Shown: positions 18,529 through 28,687 of the stretch, one piece after another
How the letters are laid out: every line of letters starts with the position of its first letter
How positions within the stretch are numbered: position 1 is the stretch's first letter
DNA from: Dickeya solani IPO 2222
GTDB taxonomy: Bacteria; Pseudomonadota; Gammaproteobacteria; Enterobacterales; Enterobacteriaceae
Length of the DNA: 32,000 nucleotides
Assembly (NCBI RefSeq): GCF_001644705.1
Contig: NZ_CP015137.1
Location: 780,001 to 812,000 of the forward strand
Direction: 5' to 3'
Notes under the pieces: model-generated
Databases searched by the model: none
Seen by the model: the letters and a program-made list of their open reading frames with translations, nothing else
What the model was told of the DNA's origin: nothing
Made by a program: the position numbers and the translations under genes

Positions 18529-19743
18529 ATGAACAACTCACGTATGTCTTCCGTTTCAACACAGAAAACAACAGGACGTTCTGCCCTGGGAACCAAAAGC
18601 GCGCTGGCGGCGATTATCGCTACCACCATGATGGTCTCTGCCGCTTCCGCCGCCAGTCTGCAAACCACCAAAGCGACAGAAGCAGCTTCAACCGGCTGGG
18701 CGACGCAGAGCGGCGGTACCACCGGCGGCGCGAAAGCGTCATCATCCAAAATCTACGCGGTGAAAAGCATCAGCGAATTCAAAGCAGCGCTGAACGGAAC
18801 CGATTCGTCGTCCAAGATCATCCAGATCACCGGAACAATTGATATCAGCGGTGGTAAAGCCTACACCAGTTTTGACGATCAGAAAGCCCGCAGCCAGATC
18901 AGCATTCCATCCAACACCACCATCATCGGTATCGACAGCAAAGGCAAGTTCACCAACGGTTCGCTGGTAGTGAAAGGCGTCAGCAACGTTATCTTGCGTA
19001 ACCTGTATATCGAAACGCCGGTGGATGTGGCGCCGCATTACGAAGATGGGGATGGCTGGAACGCCGAGTGGGATGCGGCAGTAATCGATAGCTCAGACCA
19101 CGTTTGGGTCGATCATGTCACCATCAGCGACGGCAGCTTCACCGATGACAAATACACCACCAAAAACGGCGAAAAATATGTGCAGCATGACGGCGCGCTG
19201 GATATCAAGCGCGGCTCCGACTACGTTACCGTCTCCAATAGCCGCTTCGAGCTGCATGACAAAACCATCCTGATCGGCCACAGCGACAACAATGGCTCGC
19301 AGGACGCCGGCAAACTGCGCGTCACCTTCCACAACAACCTGTTTGACCGGGTCGGCGAACGTACCCCGCGCGTACGCTTTGGTAGCGTCCACGCTTACAA
19401 CAACGTTTACATCGGCGACGTCAACCACAAAGCCTACCGCTATCAGTACAGCTTCGGTATCGGCACCAGCGGTAGCCTGCTGTCTGAGTCCAACGCGTTT
19501 ACCATTGATAACCTCAAGAAGATCAGTGGCCGCGACAAGGAATGCAGCGTGGTCAAGGCGTTTAACGGCAAGATCTTCTCCGATAAGGGGTCGATCATCA
19601 ACGGCGCCTCGTACAATCTGAATGGTTGCGGCTTTGGCTTCAGCGCATATAGCGCCAAGATCCCGTACAAATATTCAGCTCAAACCATCACCACCAGTCT
19701 GGCAAGCAGCATCAGCAGCAACGCGGGTTACGGCAAACTGTAA
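18529..19743 (+). CDS. pelE: Pectate lyase, PelD/PelE subfamily (PL1); assigned pelE from the pelA-pelE-pelD order reported for D. dadantii 3937
   Basis: 404 aa with signal peptide ending ...MMVSAASA|ASLQ. The PL1 core includes [33 protein letters not shown] and RTPRVRFG, and the C-terminus is NAGYGKL. The E-versus-D label rests only on gene order. Confidence 0.85.
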   Translation: MNNSRMSSVSTQKTTGRSALGTKSALAAIIATTMMVSAASAASLQTTKATEAASTGWATQSGGTTGGAKASSSKIYAVKSISEFKAALNGTDSSSKIIQITGTIDISGGKAYTSFDDQKARSQISIPSNTTIIGIDSKGKFTNGSLVVKGVSNVILRNLYIETPVDVAPHYEDGDGWNAEWDAAVIDSSDHVWVDHVTISDGSFTDDKYTTKNGEKYVQHDGALDIKRGSDYVTVSNSRFELHDKTILIGHSDNNGSQDAGKLRVTFHNNLFDRVGERTPRVRFGSVHAYNNVYIGDVNHKAYRYQYSFGIGTSGSLLSESNAFTIDNLKKISGRDKECSVVKAFNGKIFSDKGSIINGASYNLNGCGFGFSAYSAKIPYKYSAQTITTSLASSISSNAGYGKL

Positions 19744-19761
19744 TTTCCAACCCAGCGTAAA

Positions 19762-19790
19762 GGCCACTTGCAAGAGTGGCCGTTTATTTT
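19762..19790 (+). terminator. Rho-independent terminator of pelE
   Basis: GGCCACT-tgcaag-AGTGGCC followed by GTTTATTTT. Confidence 0.8.
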
Positions 19791-20180
19791 CCCCCTATCC
19801 CCACTCTCGTATCGCTCCCGATCTCCTCCGAAGCACCTCTCAATACGGTTCTGGCTAATCCGGCCCCGCTACAGGCGCGCCACCAAGAAGCCGACCCGTT
19901 TCCCCCATAAAAGACAGGGATTACCAGTCATTAGTAAGAACCTCAGATTAATAAAATTATATTTAATAAAAATCGAATCAATTGTTAATCATTTGGGTTA
20001 TTTCAGATAAAAACACCGGATAATACCAATGAATTTAAAAGAAAATTTAATTCAACATTCATTATAGAAAGTTATCGGTCACGATCACACTTTAGATAAA
20101 ATTAATAACCATCATAAAAAAACAAGATTTTGATCACAAAACAAACAATCAAAAACGCTTAAAAATCCGCCTTGCCAAAG

Positions 20181-20197
20181 GACAAAATGGCATTTCA
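20181..20197. promoter_or_regulatory. KdgR box upstream of pelD
   Basis: GACAAAATGGCATTTCA fits AATRAAAYRNYRTTTCA at about 15/17. It lies about 75 bp upstream of the start codon, at the same relative position as the pelE box. Confidence 0.5.
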
Positions 20198-20269
20198 TTT
20201 TTTTCACAAACATTTTTCAATTTTCAATAATGCAATTGGATTAGCGCCTATAGCGCAAGGAAACGGTCT

Positions 20270-21448
20270 ATGAACAACACTCGTGTGTCTTCTGCAGGAA
20301 CAAAAAGCTTACTGGCAGCCATCATTGCCACCGCCATGATGACTTCCGCAGCCCACGCAGCCAGCCTGCAAACCACCAAAGCGACAGAAGCGGCCTCAAC
20401 CGGCTGGGCAACGCAGAGCAACGGCACCACCGGTGGCGCCAAAGCAACCTCAGCCAAAATCTATGCAGTAAAAAACATCAGCGAATTCAAAGCGGCGCTG
20501 AACGGTACGGATACCGACCCTAAGATCATCCAGATCACCGGGGCGATTGATATCAGCGGCGGCAAAGCCTACACCAGCTTTGACGATCAGAAGGCACGCA
20601 GCCAGCTCAGCATTCCGTCCAACACCACCATCATCGGTATCGGCAGCAACGGCAAATTCACCAACGGTTCTCTGGTGATCAAAGGCGTAAGCAACGTTAT
20701 CCTGCGTAACCTGTATATCGAAACGCCGGTAGACGTAGCACCGCATTATGAAAGTGGGGATGGCTGGAACGCCGAGTGGGATGCAGCCGTTATCGACAGC
20801 TCTACCAACGTCTGGGTTGACCACGTCACCATCAGCGACGGTAGCTTCACCGACGACAAATACACCACCAAAGATGGTGAAAAATACGTTCAGCACGACG
20901 GCGCGCTGGATATCAAGAAAGGCTCTGACTACGTCACCATTTCCTACAGCCGCTTCGAACTGCATGACAAAACCATCCTGATCGGCCACAGCGACAGCAA
21001 TGGCTCACAGGACTCCGGCAAACTGCGCGTTACTTTCCACAATAACGTGTTCGACCGCGTTACCGAACGTACCCCGCGCGTACGTTTCGGTAGCATCCAC
21101 GCTTACAACAACGTCTATCTGGGCGACGTGAAGCACAGCGTCTACCCGTATGCATACAGCTTCGGCCTTGGCACCAGCGGCAGCATCCTGTCTGAAGCCA
21201 ACTCCTTCACGCTCTCCAACCTGAAGAGCATTGATGGCAAAAACCCGGAATGCAGCATCGTGAAGCAATTCAACAGCAAGGTGTTCTCCGATAAAGGCTC
21301 ACTGGTTAACGGCTCGTCAACCACAAACCTGGATACCTGCGGCCTCACCGCTTACAAACCGACTCTGCCGTACAAATATTCGGCTCAGACAATGACAAGC
21401 AGCCTGGCTAGCAGCATCAATAGCAACGCAGGCTACGGCAAACTGTAA
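20270..21448 (+). CDS. pelD: Pectate lyase, PelD/PelE subfamily (PL1); assigned pelD by gene order
   Basis: 392 aa with signal peptide ...MMTSAAHA|ASLQ. Roughly 80% of residues match the 18529..19743 product by eye. It carries the same PL1 motifs and the NAGYGKL C-terminus. Confidence 0.85.
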   Translation: MNNTRVSSAGTKSLLAAIIATAMMTSAAHAASLQTTKATEAASTGWATQSNGTTGGAKATSAKIYAVKNISEFKAALNGTDTDPKIIQITGAIDISGGKAYTSFDDQKARSQLSIPSNTTIIGIGSNGKFTNGSLVIKGVSNVILRNLYIETPVDVAPHYESGDGWNAEWDAAVIDSSTNVWVDHVTISDGSFTDDKYTTKDGEKYVQHDGALDIKKGSDYVTISYSRFELHDKTILIGHSDSNGSQDSGKLRVTFHNNVFDRVTERTPRVRFGSIHAYNNVYLGDVKHSVYPYAYSFGLGTSGSILSEANSFTLSNLKSIDGKNPECSIVKQFNSKVFSDKGSLVNGSSTTNLDTCGLTAYKPTLPYKYSAQTMTSSLASSINSNAGYGKL

Positions 21449-21466
21449 TTTCTCTGCCAGCAACAG

Positions 21467-21494
21467 CGGCCACTTGAAAAAGTGGCCGTTTTTT
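21467..21494 (+). terminator. Rho-independent terminator (or attenuator) between pelD and paeY
   Basis: CGGCCACTT-gaaa-AAGTGGCCG followed by TTTTTT, 19 nt after the pelD stop and 32 nt before the paeY start. Confidence 0.8.
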
Positions 21495-21525
21495 GCATCA
21501 ATCGCAGGGAAAAGAGGTCATCATC

Positions 21526-23181
21526 ATGCTAACAATTACCTGGAAGCGCGCCTTTTTTCTCGGTTCCCTGCTTTGTCTGCCGATATCTTTTGCGCAGGCT
21601 GAAAGCACCACGCCGGAAACATCCGCCTCTCCTTCGCATCCGGTACTTAATGTCGCCACGCTGGCTCCCAATACGTTGATCAGCGGCAGGGTGGCCTACC
21701 GTGACATACGGTTTCCCGCCACATTACTCATCAAAGATCAGCGCGGCGTACAGCGCAACGTAAAAACCGACATTCAGGGTCGATTTTATGCCGACGTGTC
21801 CTCGCTGGTTACGCCTCTGCGCCTGTCCGCCATCGAAGCCGGCGGGCAAAACTGTCTTGCAAGCAACCAGCTTCGCGCCGTCTGCCTGAGCGCGCTGGTT
21901 CCACAATTACGTGACGGTCATGAAAATCACATTAATATCAATCCGCTGACCGATCGTATTCTGTCTGACGTTGCCGCATCAGCGGGCTATATTGGCCCGC
22001 AGCAGTTGATCGATGCCGCTACCTTGCCGGCATTGTCGGCTGCATCCTGGGAAACCGCCTACCGCGAATTCCATGCCGGCTTCGACGATGCGCTGAAGCA
22101 GGCCGGTATTGTGGTACCCGCTCAGTTCGACCCGTTAACCTATCCGGATACGCTAACGCCGGCTTTTACCCAGGTTTTGCAGGTCATTAATCATGCCCGC
22201 AATTACCACAATGACAGCGGCCAGGCCGGTCACACCGTGCTGACTGACATCGCGTTTCGTCCGATTATCGGGCTGAATGCCTCCGGCAGTTACGAGCCGC
22301 TGGATCTGACCAGCGCCAGCCAGCATCGCAAGGCGCTTGAGCGGGCGCGTACCCGCATTTTCATCGTCAGTGACTCGACCGCGGCAACCTATGAGAAAGC
22401 ACGCTTTCCCCGGATGGGATGGGGGCAGGTATTTGAACAACAGTTCCGCCCCGGCAGCCATATCGCCATCGTGAACGGCGCCCGTTCCGGACGCAGTTCG
22501 CGTGATTTCTACTACGAAGGCTGGTTCCGCCAGATGGAGCCGTTTATGCGGCCGGGCGATTATCTGTTTATTGGTATGGGGCACAACGATCAGAACTGCG
22601 ATAGTCAGAAAGCGGTTCGCGGCGCGGCAGATGTCGCCAACCTTTGTACTTACCCAAATAGCGCCGACGGCAGGCCGCAATACCCGCAGGGCAAACCGGA
22701 TATGTCTTTCCAAATCTCGCTGGAACGTTACATTCGTTATGCACGGGCGCATCGGATGATACCGGTATTGCTGACCCCAACGGCGCGCGTCAAAAACGCT
22801 GAAGGAAAGAACGGGACACCGGCGGTCCACAGTCACCTGACCAAACAGAACAAAGCCGGCGGTTATGCCTTTATCGGCGATTACAGTCAGACCATCCGCG
22901 ATACGGCCAGCAAGAACAAAGTGCCGCTATTGGATGTGGAAACCGCGACGCTGGCGCTGGCCAATCAGGGTGACGGCCAGCAATGGCAGCAATACTGGCT
23001 GGCCGTCGATCCGGAACGCTACCCCTATTACCGCGATCAGGCGGGCAGCCTGACTCAGCCTGACACCACCCACTTCCAGCAGAAGGGCGCGCAGGCGGTC
23101 GCGGCGATAGTCGCCGACCAGATTAACGCTACGCCTTCGTTGCGGGAACTGGCAGGCAAGCTGCAACCGTCTGGTCGGTAA
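21526..23181 (+). CDS. paeY: Pectin acetylesterase PaeY (SGNH/GDSL hydrolase, CE12-like C-terminal domain)
   Basis: Track ORF starts at 21493. I place the start at MLTITWKRAFFLGSLLCLPISFAQA (AAGAGG Shine-Dalgarno 7 nt upstream), giving 551 aa. The SGNH block-I-like motif IFIVSDSTAATY is present. Position between pelD and pemA matches D. dadantii. Confidence 0.85.
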   Translation: MLTITWKRAFFLGSLLCLPISFAQAESTTPETSASPSHPVLNVATLAPNTLISGRVAYRDIRFPATLLIKDQRGVQRNVKTDIQGRFYADVSSLVTPLRLSAIEAGGQNCLASNQLRAVCLSALVPQLRDGHENHININPLTDRILSDVAASAGYIGPQQLIDAATLPALSAASWETAYREFHAGFDDALKQAGIVVPAQFDPLTYPDTLTPAFTQVLQVINHARNYHNDSGQAGHTVLTDIAFRPIIGLNASGSYEPLDLTSASQHRKALERARTRIFIVSDSTAATYEKARFPRMGWGQVFEQQFRPGSHIAIVNGARSGRSSRDFYYEGWFRQMEPFMRPGDYLFIGMGHNDQNCDSQKAVRGAADVANLCTYPNSADGRPQYPQGKPDMSFQISLERYIRYARAHRMIPVLLTPTARVKNAEGKNGTPAVHSHLTKQNKAGGYAFIGDYSQTIRDTASKNKVPLLDVETATLALANQGDGQQWQQYWLAVDPERYPYYRDQAGSLTQPDTTHFQQKGAQAVAAIVADQINATPSLRELAGKLQPSGR

Positions 23182-23266
23182 TGCTGTGCAAAAATAGGTT
23201 TTATAGGACGTAACTCGTGCATGAAGCACCTGGACTTCTGTCATCCACCACTAAAGGAATATGTGT

Positions 23267-24367
23267 ATGTTAAAAACGATCTCTGGAACCCTCGCGCTGT
23301 CGCTGATTATCGCCGCCAGCGTACATCAGGCACAGGCAGCGACCACCTACAACGCTGTGGTGTCAAAATCAGCCAGCGACGGCAAAACGTTCAAAACCAT
23401 TGCCGACGCGATTGCCAGCGCCCCGGCAGGCAGCACGCCGTTCGTGATTTTGGTCAAAAACGGCGTCTACAACGAACGCCTGACGATTACCCGCAATAAC
23501 CTGCATCTGAAAGGCGAAAGCCGTAACGGGACGGTCATTGCGGCCACCACGGCGGCGGGCACCCTGAAGTCGGACGGCAGCAAATGGGGAACGGCAGGCA
23601 GCAGCACCATCACTATCGGCGCCAAGGATTTCAGCGCCCAATCGCTGACCATTCGCAACGACTTTGATTTCCCGGCCAATCAGGCCAAAAGCGACAGCGA
23701 CAGCAGTAAAATCAAGGACACGCAGGCGGTAGCGCTCTACGTCAACAAAAGCGGCGACCGCGCCTACTTCAAAGACGTCAGCCTGATCGGCTATCAGGAC
23801 ACGCTGTATGTTTCCGGCGGCCGTAGCCTCTTCTCCGACTGCCGTATCAGCGGCACAGTTGACTTTATCTTTGGCGACGGCACCGCGCTGTTCAACAACT
23901 GCGATCTGGTCTCTCGCTATCGCGCTGATGTGAAAAGCGGCAATGTCTCCGGCTACCTGACCGCCCCCAGCACCAACATCAATCAGAAGTATGGTTTGGT
24001 GATCACCAACAGCCGCGTGATTCGGGAAAGCGACTCTGTACCGGCTAAAAGCTACGGGCTGGGTCGCCCCTGGCATCCGACAACGACCTTCTCTGATGGT
24101 CGTTACGCGGATCCGAACGCTATTGGTCAGACCGTTTTCCTGAACACCAGCATGGATAACCATATTTATGGGTGGGACAAGATGTCCGGCAAGGACAAAA
24201 ACGGCAACACCATCTGGTTCAATCCGGAAGATTCCCGTTTCTTCGAGTACAAATCCTATGGTGCTGGTGCGGCGGTGAACACAGACCGCCGGCAACTGAC
24301 TGACGCACAGGCGGCAGAGTACACCCAGAGCAAAGTCCTGGGTGACTGGACGCCGACCTTACCCTGA
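23267..24367 (+). CDS. pemA: Pectin methylesterase PemA (CE8)
   Basis: I place the start at MLKTISGTLALSLIIAASVHQAQA (AAGGA Shine-Dalgarno 8 nt upstream; the 23261 ATG is too close to it), giving 366 aa. CE8 motifs GYQDTLY, DFIFG and LGRPW are present. The sequence is near-identical to my memory of E. chrysanthemi PemA. Confidence 0.93.
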   Translation: MLKTISGTLALSLIIAASVHQAQAATTYNAVVSKSASDGKTFKTIADAIASAPAGSTPFVILVKNGVYNERLTITRNNLHLKGESRNGTVIAATTAAGTLKSDGSKWGTAGSSTITIGAKDFSAQSLTIRNDFDFPANQAKSDSDSSKIKDTQAVALYVNKSGDRAYFKDVSLIGYQDTLYVSGGRSLFSDCRISGTVDFIFGDGTALFNNCDLVSRYRADVKSGNVSGYLTAPSTNINQKYGLVITNSRVIRESDSVPAKSYGLGRPWHPTTTFSDGRYADPNAIGQTVFLNTSMDNHIYGWDKMSGKDKNGNTIWFNPEDSRFFEYKSYGAGAAVNTDRRQLTDAQAAEYTQSKVLGDWTPTLP

Positions 24368-24430
24368 CGGATTGCCATTCTGATGCCAAACAATCACCTC
24401 TCCCGGAGAGGTGATTTAACACTCATAGCA

Positions 24431-24460
24431 AAACAGCCAACCGGCAACGGTTGGCTGTTT
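24431..24460. terminator. Bidirectional terminator between convergent pemA and glnB
   Basis: A 13-bp perfect stem AAACAGCCAACCG-gcaa-CGGTTGGCTGTTT has T-runs on both strands. A second hairpin, AATCACCTCT...AGAGGTGATT, lies at 24392..24416. Confidence 0.85.
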
Positions 24461-24491
24461 ATCTTTCCTGCATCTGACAAACAGCAGCCCG

Positions 24492-24839
<348 letters not shown>

Positions 24840-24917
24840 CTAATCATCACTCAATGTAGCGGCCAGAGCCAGCACGGCGAAATCATGATCGGCCATGCAA
24901 TTCACAATAACTTAACA

Positions 24918-26255
24918 CTATTCTTTAAAATCGTTGGCGTCCAGTTCGTGCCTTGCCAGCAATTTATAAAATTCGGTCCGGTTTCGACCCGCCATACGCG
25001 CCGCCTGCGTCACGTTGCCTTTGGCGATTTGCAGTAATTTGCGCAGGTAATTCAGCTCAAACTGATTACGCGCTTCGGCAAACGTAGGCAGCGCCGTATT
25101 TTCCCCTTCCAGCGCCTGTTCCACCAGCGCATCGCCAATGACCGGCGCACTGGTCAGCGCGACGCATTGCTCAATCACATTAACCAGTTGCCGCACGTTG
25201 CCCGGCCAACTGGCCGCCATCAGGCGTTTCATGGCATCCGTCGAAAAACTGCGGACAAAAGGCTTGTGTCGTGCCGCCGCGTCACGCAACAAGTGGTTGG
25301 CCAACAACGGAATATCTTCAGCACGCTCATTCAGCGCAGGCAGTTTGAGATTCACCACATTGAGGCGATAGTAAAGATCCTCACGAAACTCCCCTTTCTC
25401 CATCGCTTTAGGCAAATCACGATGAGTAGCGGAAATAATCCGCACATTGATGTCTATATCCCGGTTACTACCCAGCGGTCTGATCTTGCGTTCCTGCAAT
25501 ACGCGCAACAGCTTCACCTGCAACGCGAGCGGCATGTCGCCAATCTCATCCAGAAACAGCGTACCGCCTTCTGCCGCCTGGAATAACCCCTCGCGCTGGC
25601 TGACTGCTCCGGTAAAAGCCCCCCGGGCATGACCGAACAACTCGGACTCCAGCAAGGGTTCCGGCAATGCGCCGCAGTTGATGGCGGTAAACGGCCTTCC
25701 TGCCCGCGGACTGGCGGCATGAATCGCCTGCGCCAACACCTCTTTCCCGGTGCCGCTCTGACCGTTAATCAACACACTAACATCCGACTGCGCCACCATT
25801 TTGGCCTGTTCGAGCAGGCGTAGCATCATCGGGCTGCGCGTCACCACCGCAGCGCGCCAGCTCTCATCGCTTGCCGGCGGCGATAGCTTAAGCGCATCAT
25901 CAATGGCTTTGTACAACGCGTCGCGATCAACCGGCTTGGTCAAAAAACTGAATACGCCCTGCTGCGTTGCCGCCACCGCTTCGGGGATGGAACCGTGCGC
26001 AGTCAGGATAATCACCGGCATTCCCGGCTGATTTTTCTGGATTTCGGCAAACAAGGCCAACCCATCCATTTCATCCATGCGCAAGTCACTGATCACCAGA
26101 TCGATTTTTTCCCGCAGCAACAACCGCAACGCGTCCTGACCACTGGTTGCCGTGGTGACGGTAAACCCTTCGCTGGTCAGGCGCATTCCCAGTAATTTCA
26201 ACAGGCTGGGATCATCATCCACTAACAGCAGACTGGCGGATTTTCGGGTGGTCAT
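24918..26255 (-). CDS. glrR: Sigma54-dependent response regulator GlrR (YfhA/QseF)
   Basis: 445 aa with a receiver domain (LLLVDDDP...DLRMDEMDG), an AAA+ sigma54-activator core ([21 protein letters not shown]) and a C-terminal HTH. It is near-colinear with E. coli GlrR. Confidence 0.93.
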   Translation of the reverse strand: MTTRKSASLLLVDDDPSLLKLLGMRLTSEGFTVTTATSGQDALRLLLREKIDLVISDLRMDEMDGLALFAEIQKNQPGMPVIILTAHGSIPEAVAATQQGVFSFLTKPVDRDALYKAIDDALKLSPPASDESWRAAVVTRSPMMLRLLEQAKMVAQSDVSVLINGQSGTGKEVLAQAIHAASPRAGRPFTAINCGALPEPLLESELFGHARGAFTGAVSQREGLFQAAEGGTLFLDEIGDMPLALQVKLLRVLQERKIRPLGSNRDIDINVRIISATHRDLPKAMEKGEFREDLYYRLNVVNLKLPALNERAEDIPLLANHLLRDAAARHKPFVRSFSTDAMKRLMAASWPGNVRQLVNVIEQCVALTSAPVIGDALVEQALEGENTALPTFAEARNQFELNYLRKLLQIAKGNVTQAARMAGRNRTEFYKLLARHELDANDFKE

Positions 26256-27004
26256 TCGCTTTTCATTCCTTTTTTCACCACAGCGGGCGGCGCTTCGCCC
26301 TCACCGCTTTTTACCGCCCGACGTCCTTCGCCATCCGGCAAATCGCTCTGAACCGGCTTGCGCGATGAGAGCTGGCGTTCGATATCGGTCAGATTTTCCA
26401 GTTTACGGGTCGTGGTTTCCAGCTGGGATTGCAACTGATTCTGCTGCTCATGCATGACTTCCAGCTGTTTGTCGCTGTTTTCCTGTGTCCGCTGGAAACG
26501 CTGACGCTCATCAGCCAGAGTCAACGTCAGGTTCTGTTTATCCAGCCAGACCTGGAACAGCGGCAGCAACGTCAGCGGCACATTCAGCCGATGGCGGTTC
26601 AGCTGTTCAATAATCTGGCGGCGTTCCTGCAATGTGGTTTCGGCATTATCCAGCAAAATAGCCTGACGGAATAAACCGCTCCAGTCATTCTCTCCCACCA
26701 ACAGCGTCTGTTGCCGGGCCTGCGCCGGCGTCATACGCGCAGCGCAATCCATCACCCGCAACCAGTACAGCGCGTTGTTCATCGCATCGGTGTTGTGGAG
26801 TTGCCACAACCGCTCACAAGACATGGTACGGTAATCCGCCACCTGCTCTTTGGGCGGACTGACTATCTCTGCCCCTCGCCGCTCGGCAGGGGTATTGTCG
26901 TTATCCTGAGCGCAGCCGGCCATTAAAACAGCCAGTAAAAATAGCCATGGCAGGATCAGCAGCTTTTTCAGCGCGGCAACCGCCTCCAGGCCGGACAACG
27001 ACAT
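26252..27004 (-). CDS. qseG: Outer-membrane lipoprotein QseG (YfhG), accessory factor of GlrK/GlrR
   Basis: Track ORF is 26252..27049. I prefer the ATG at 27004 (GAGG Shine-Dalgarno 7 nt upstream) because it gives a more normal signal peptide ending in the lipobox LMAGC. The C-terminal ...TTRKLENLTDIERQLS.RKP matches E. coli YfhG. Its stop overlaps the glrR start (ATGA). Confidence 0.8.
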   Translation of the reverse strand: MSLSGLEAVAALKKLLILPWLFLLAVLMAGCAQDNDNTPAERRGAEIVSPPKEQVADYRTMSCERLWQLHNTDAMNNALYWLRVMDCAARMTPAQARQQTLLVGENDWSGLFRQAILLDNAETTLQERRQIIEQLNRHRLNVPLTLLPLFQVWLDKQNLTLTLADERQRFQRTQENSDKQLEVMHEQQNQLQSQLETTTRKLENLTDIERQLSSRKPVQSDLPDGEGRRAVKSGEGEAPPAVVKKGMKSE

Positions 27005-27051
27005 CACCGGACCTCGTAACGACAGGAGGCTTAACAACCGTGCAATCATGG

Positions 27052-28485
27052 TTAATTCTCAGTGTTCAATGGTAATTCAATACGGAAACAGACATCGGCA
27101 TAGTCCACCGTTACCAGATTCAGCTCCCCCTGCATACGGCGGATGCAATCCTGCGCAATGCTCAATCCCAGGCCACTCCCTTTTACTGCGCCCTTACGCT
27201 GGTGGGTTCCCTGATAGAAAGGCTCGAATATCATGCTTTTATCTGATTCAGGAATCGGTGTGCCGCTGTTGGCGACATCGATCTGAACCCGGTCCTCGAC
27301 CCGACGGCTGCGGATCCAAATGTTACCGGATTCCTGCCCGTAGTGCACCGCATTGGAATAGAGATTATCCACCACCCGCATCAACAGCGTGGTTTCCGCC
27401 CGGCACGCCTTCGCCTCCAGTTCAACATGCGTTTGCATCAGCTTGCTACGCGCCGGCAAGCTGTGAGCAGAGACAACCATATTGACGATATCGTCGATAT
27501 CCACCTGTTCCAGCCCGGCCGGCGCATCCGCCAGTTTTCGGTTATAGTCGAGCAGTTGTTCAATTAATTGCTGCAGATGGCTGCTGCTGTTATCGAGAAT
27601 CGCCACCACCTCTTTCTGGTCAGCGGTCAGCGTGCCAACCACTTCGTCCGCCAGCAACGCCGCCCCTTCACGCAGGCTCGCCAGCGGCGTTTTCAACTCG
27701 TGGGACAAGTGGCGCAAAAACTCGTGGCGTTGCGCTTCCAGCCAGGACAAACGCTCGCTCAGCCAGATGATCCGCTGTGCCAGAGAACGAATCTCCGTCG
27801 GCCCCCTGAAGCTGGCGATTCGGCCCAGAGGACGGCCTTCTCCCAGTCGGTTGATCATTCGCTCGACGCCTTTCACCGGCCCGATAATCATCCGGGTAAA
27901 CAGCATCACCAACAGCACGCTGACCAGAAACAGCACCAGCGCCTGCCAGCCGAAGAAACGACCTCGCTCGGCAATGTCTTGTTGCAACTGCTGCCCACGC
28001 GAGAAAATCACTTCGCGGGTTGCCTGCACCATCTGGGCATTCGTACGGGAGAAATTATCCAGCACCGTGGCGGATGCCGCCGCTGGGCCATTATTCTGAC
28101 AAAGGATATCCGTCAGTTGCGTCAGGTATTGCCGCAGATTTTGATAATAGGAAGGGTCAGGCAGGATCGGCGCATGGGCATCCAGCATCTGGGAATACTG
28201 CTTGCGTTGGTTTTGATACAACTGCGATAAAGTTTGATCCCCCAGCACGCAAAACTGACGGTAGCTGCGTTCCATGCTGATGGCCGTGCTGGTCATGGCT
28301 TCGCTGCGCCGTGCATCGGCCAGTGTGGTGTTATTGATTCCGGCAGCCTGTTCGCTAAGGTGATCCAGACTCTCGTAGGCTTGATAGGCCAGCACCAACA
28401 GCGGCAATAAAACCAGCAGGAATGCCATAATGACCAACTGCCGCAAAGAGCGTGGAAAAAAACGCCAACGTTTCAACAAAATCAT
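27052..28485 (-). CDS. glrK: Sensor histidine kinase GlrK (YfhK/QseE)
   Basis: Track ORF extends to 28557. I place the start at MILLKRWRFFPRSLRQLV (477 aa), by analogy with the E. coli GlrK N-terminus MKRWPVFPRSLRQLV. It has two TM segments, a HAMP region, the H-box FLRHLSHELKTPL and an ATPase domain (GSGLGLSIA). Confidence 0.9.
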   Translation of the reverse strand: MILLKRWRFFPRSLRQLVIMAFLLVLLPLLVLAYQAYESLDHLSEQAAGINNTTLADARRSEAMTSTAISMERSYRQFCVLGDQTLSQLYQNQRKQYSQMLDAHAPILPDPSYYQNLRQYLTQLTDILCQNNGPAAASATVLDNFSRTNAQMVQATREVIFSRGQQLQQDIAERGRFFGWQALVLFLVSVLLVMLFTRMIIGPVKGVERMINRLGEGRPLGRIASFRGPTEIRSLAQRIIWLSERLSWLEAQRHEFLRHLSHELKTPLASLREGAALLADEVVGTLTADQKEVVAILDNSSSHLQQLIEQLLDYNRKLADAPAGLEQVDIDDIVNMVVSAHSLPARSKLMQTHVELEAKACRAETTLLMRVVDNLYSNAVHYGQESGNIWIRSRRVEDRVQIDVANSGTPIPESDKSMIFEPFYQGTHQRKGAVKGSGLGLSIAQDCIRRMQGELNLVTVDYADVCFRIELPLNTEN

Positions 28486-28687
28486 ACCGTTACCTGCCAG
28501 AACAGTCCGCTTGATACATCGCTCGCAATAACGCGTCATTGTACGCGTTATCCGCATTACCTCAAAAGCAGACCGTTAGCATCGCGGAAAATCGCACGCA
28601 ATCATTGCGTGCAGCAATGCAAAATTCGGCCGCAAAGCATGAGTCGGCTCGCAAAATAGCGTCAGACCGATCAAAAACTACGGCCCC

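Noticed and set aside
19768-20010. 80-aa + strand ORF in the pelE-pelD intergenic region
   Set aside because: It runs from the terminator region into AT-rich promoter DNA. It has a low-complexity product and no RBS, so it is a regulatory region and not a gene.
20070-20150. Possible CRP sites upstream of pelD (GGTCACGATCACACT and TTTTGATCACAAAA)
   Set aside because: Each has only one good TCACA half-site. The partner half-site at N6 spacing matches at most 2/5, which is too weak to call without a scoring matrix.
23190-23215. Possible KdgR box upstream of pemA (GCAAAAATAGGTTTTATAGG)
   Set aside because: It has only a loose A-tract/T-tract symmetry and lacks the TTTCA core seen at the pel genes.
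27568-28230. 220-aa + strand ORF
   Set aside because: It is antisense to glrK. It has a Gln/Arg/His-rich composition and no motifs.
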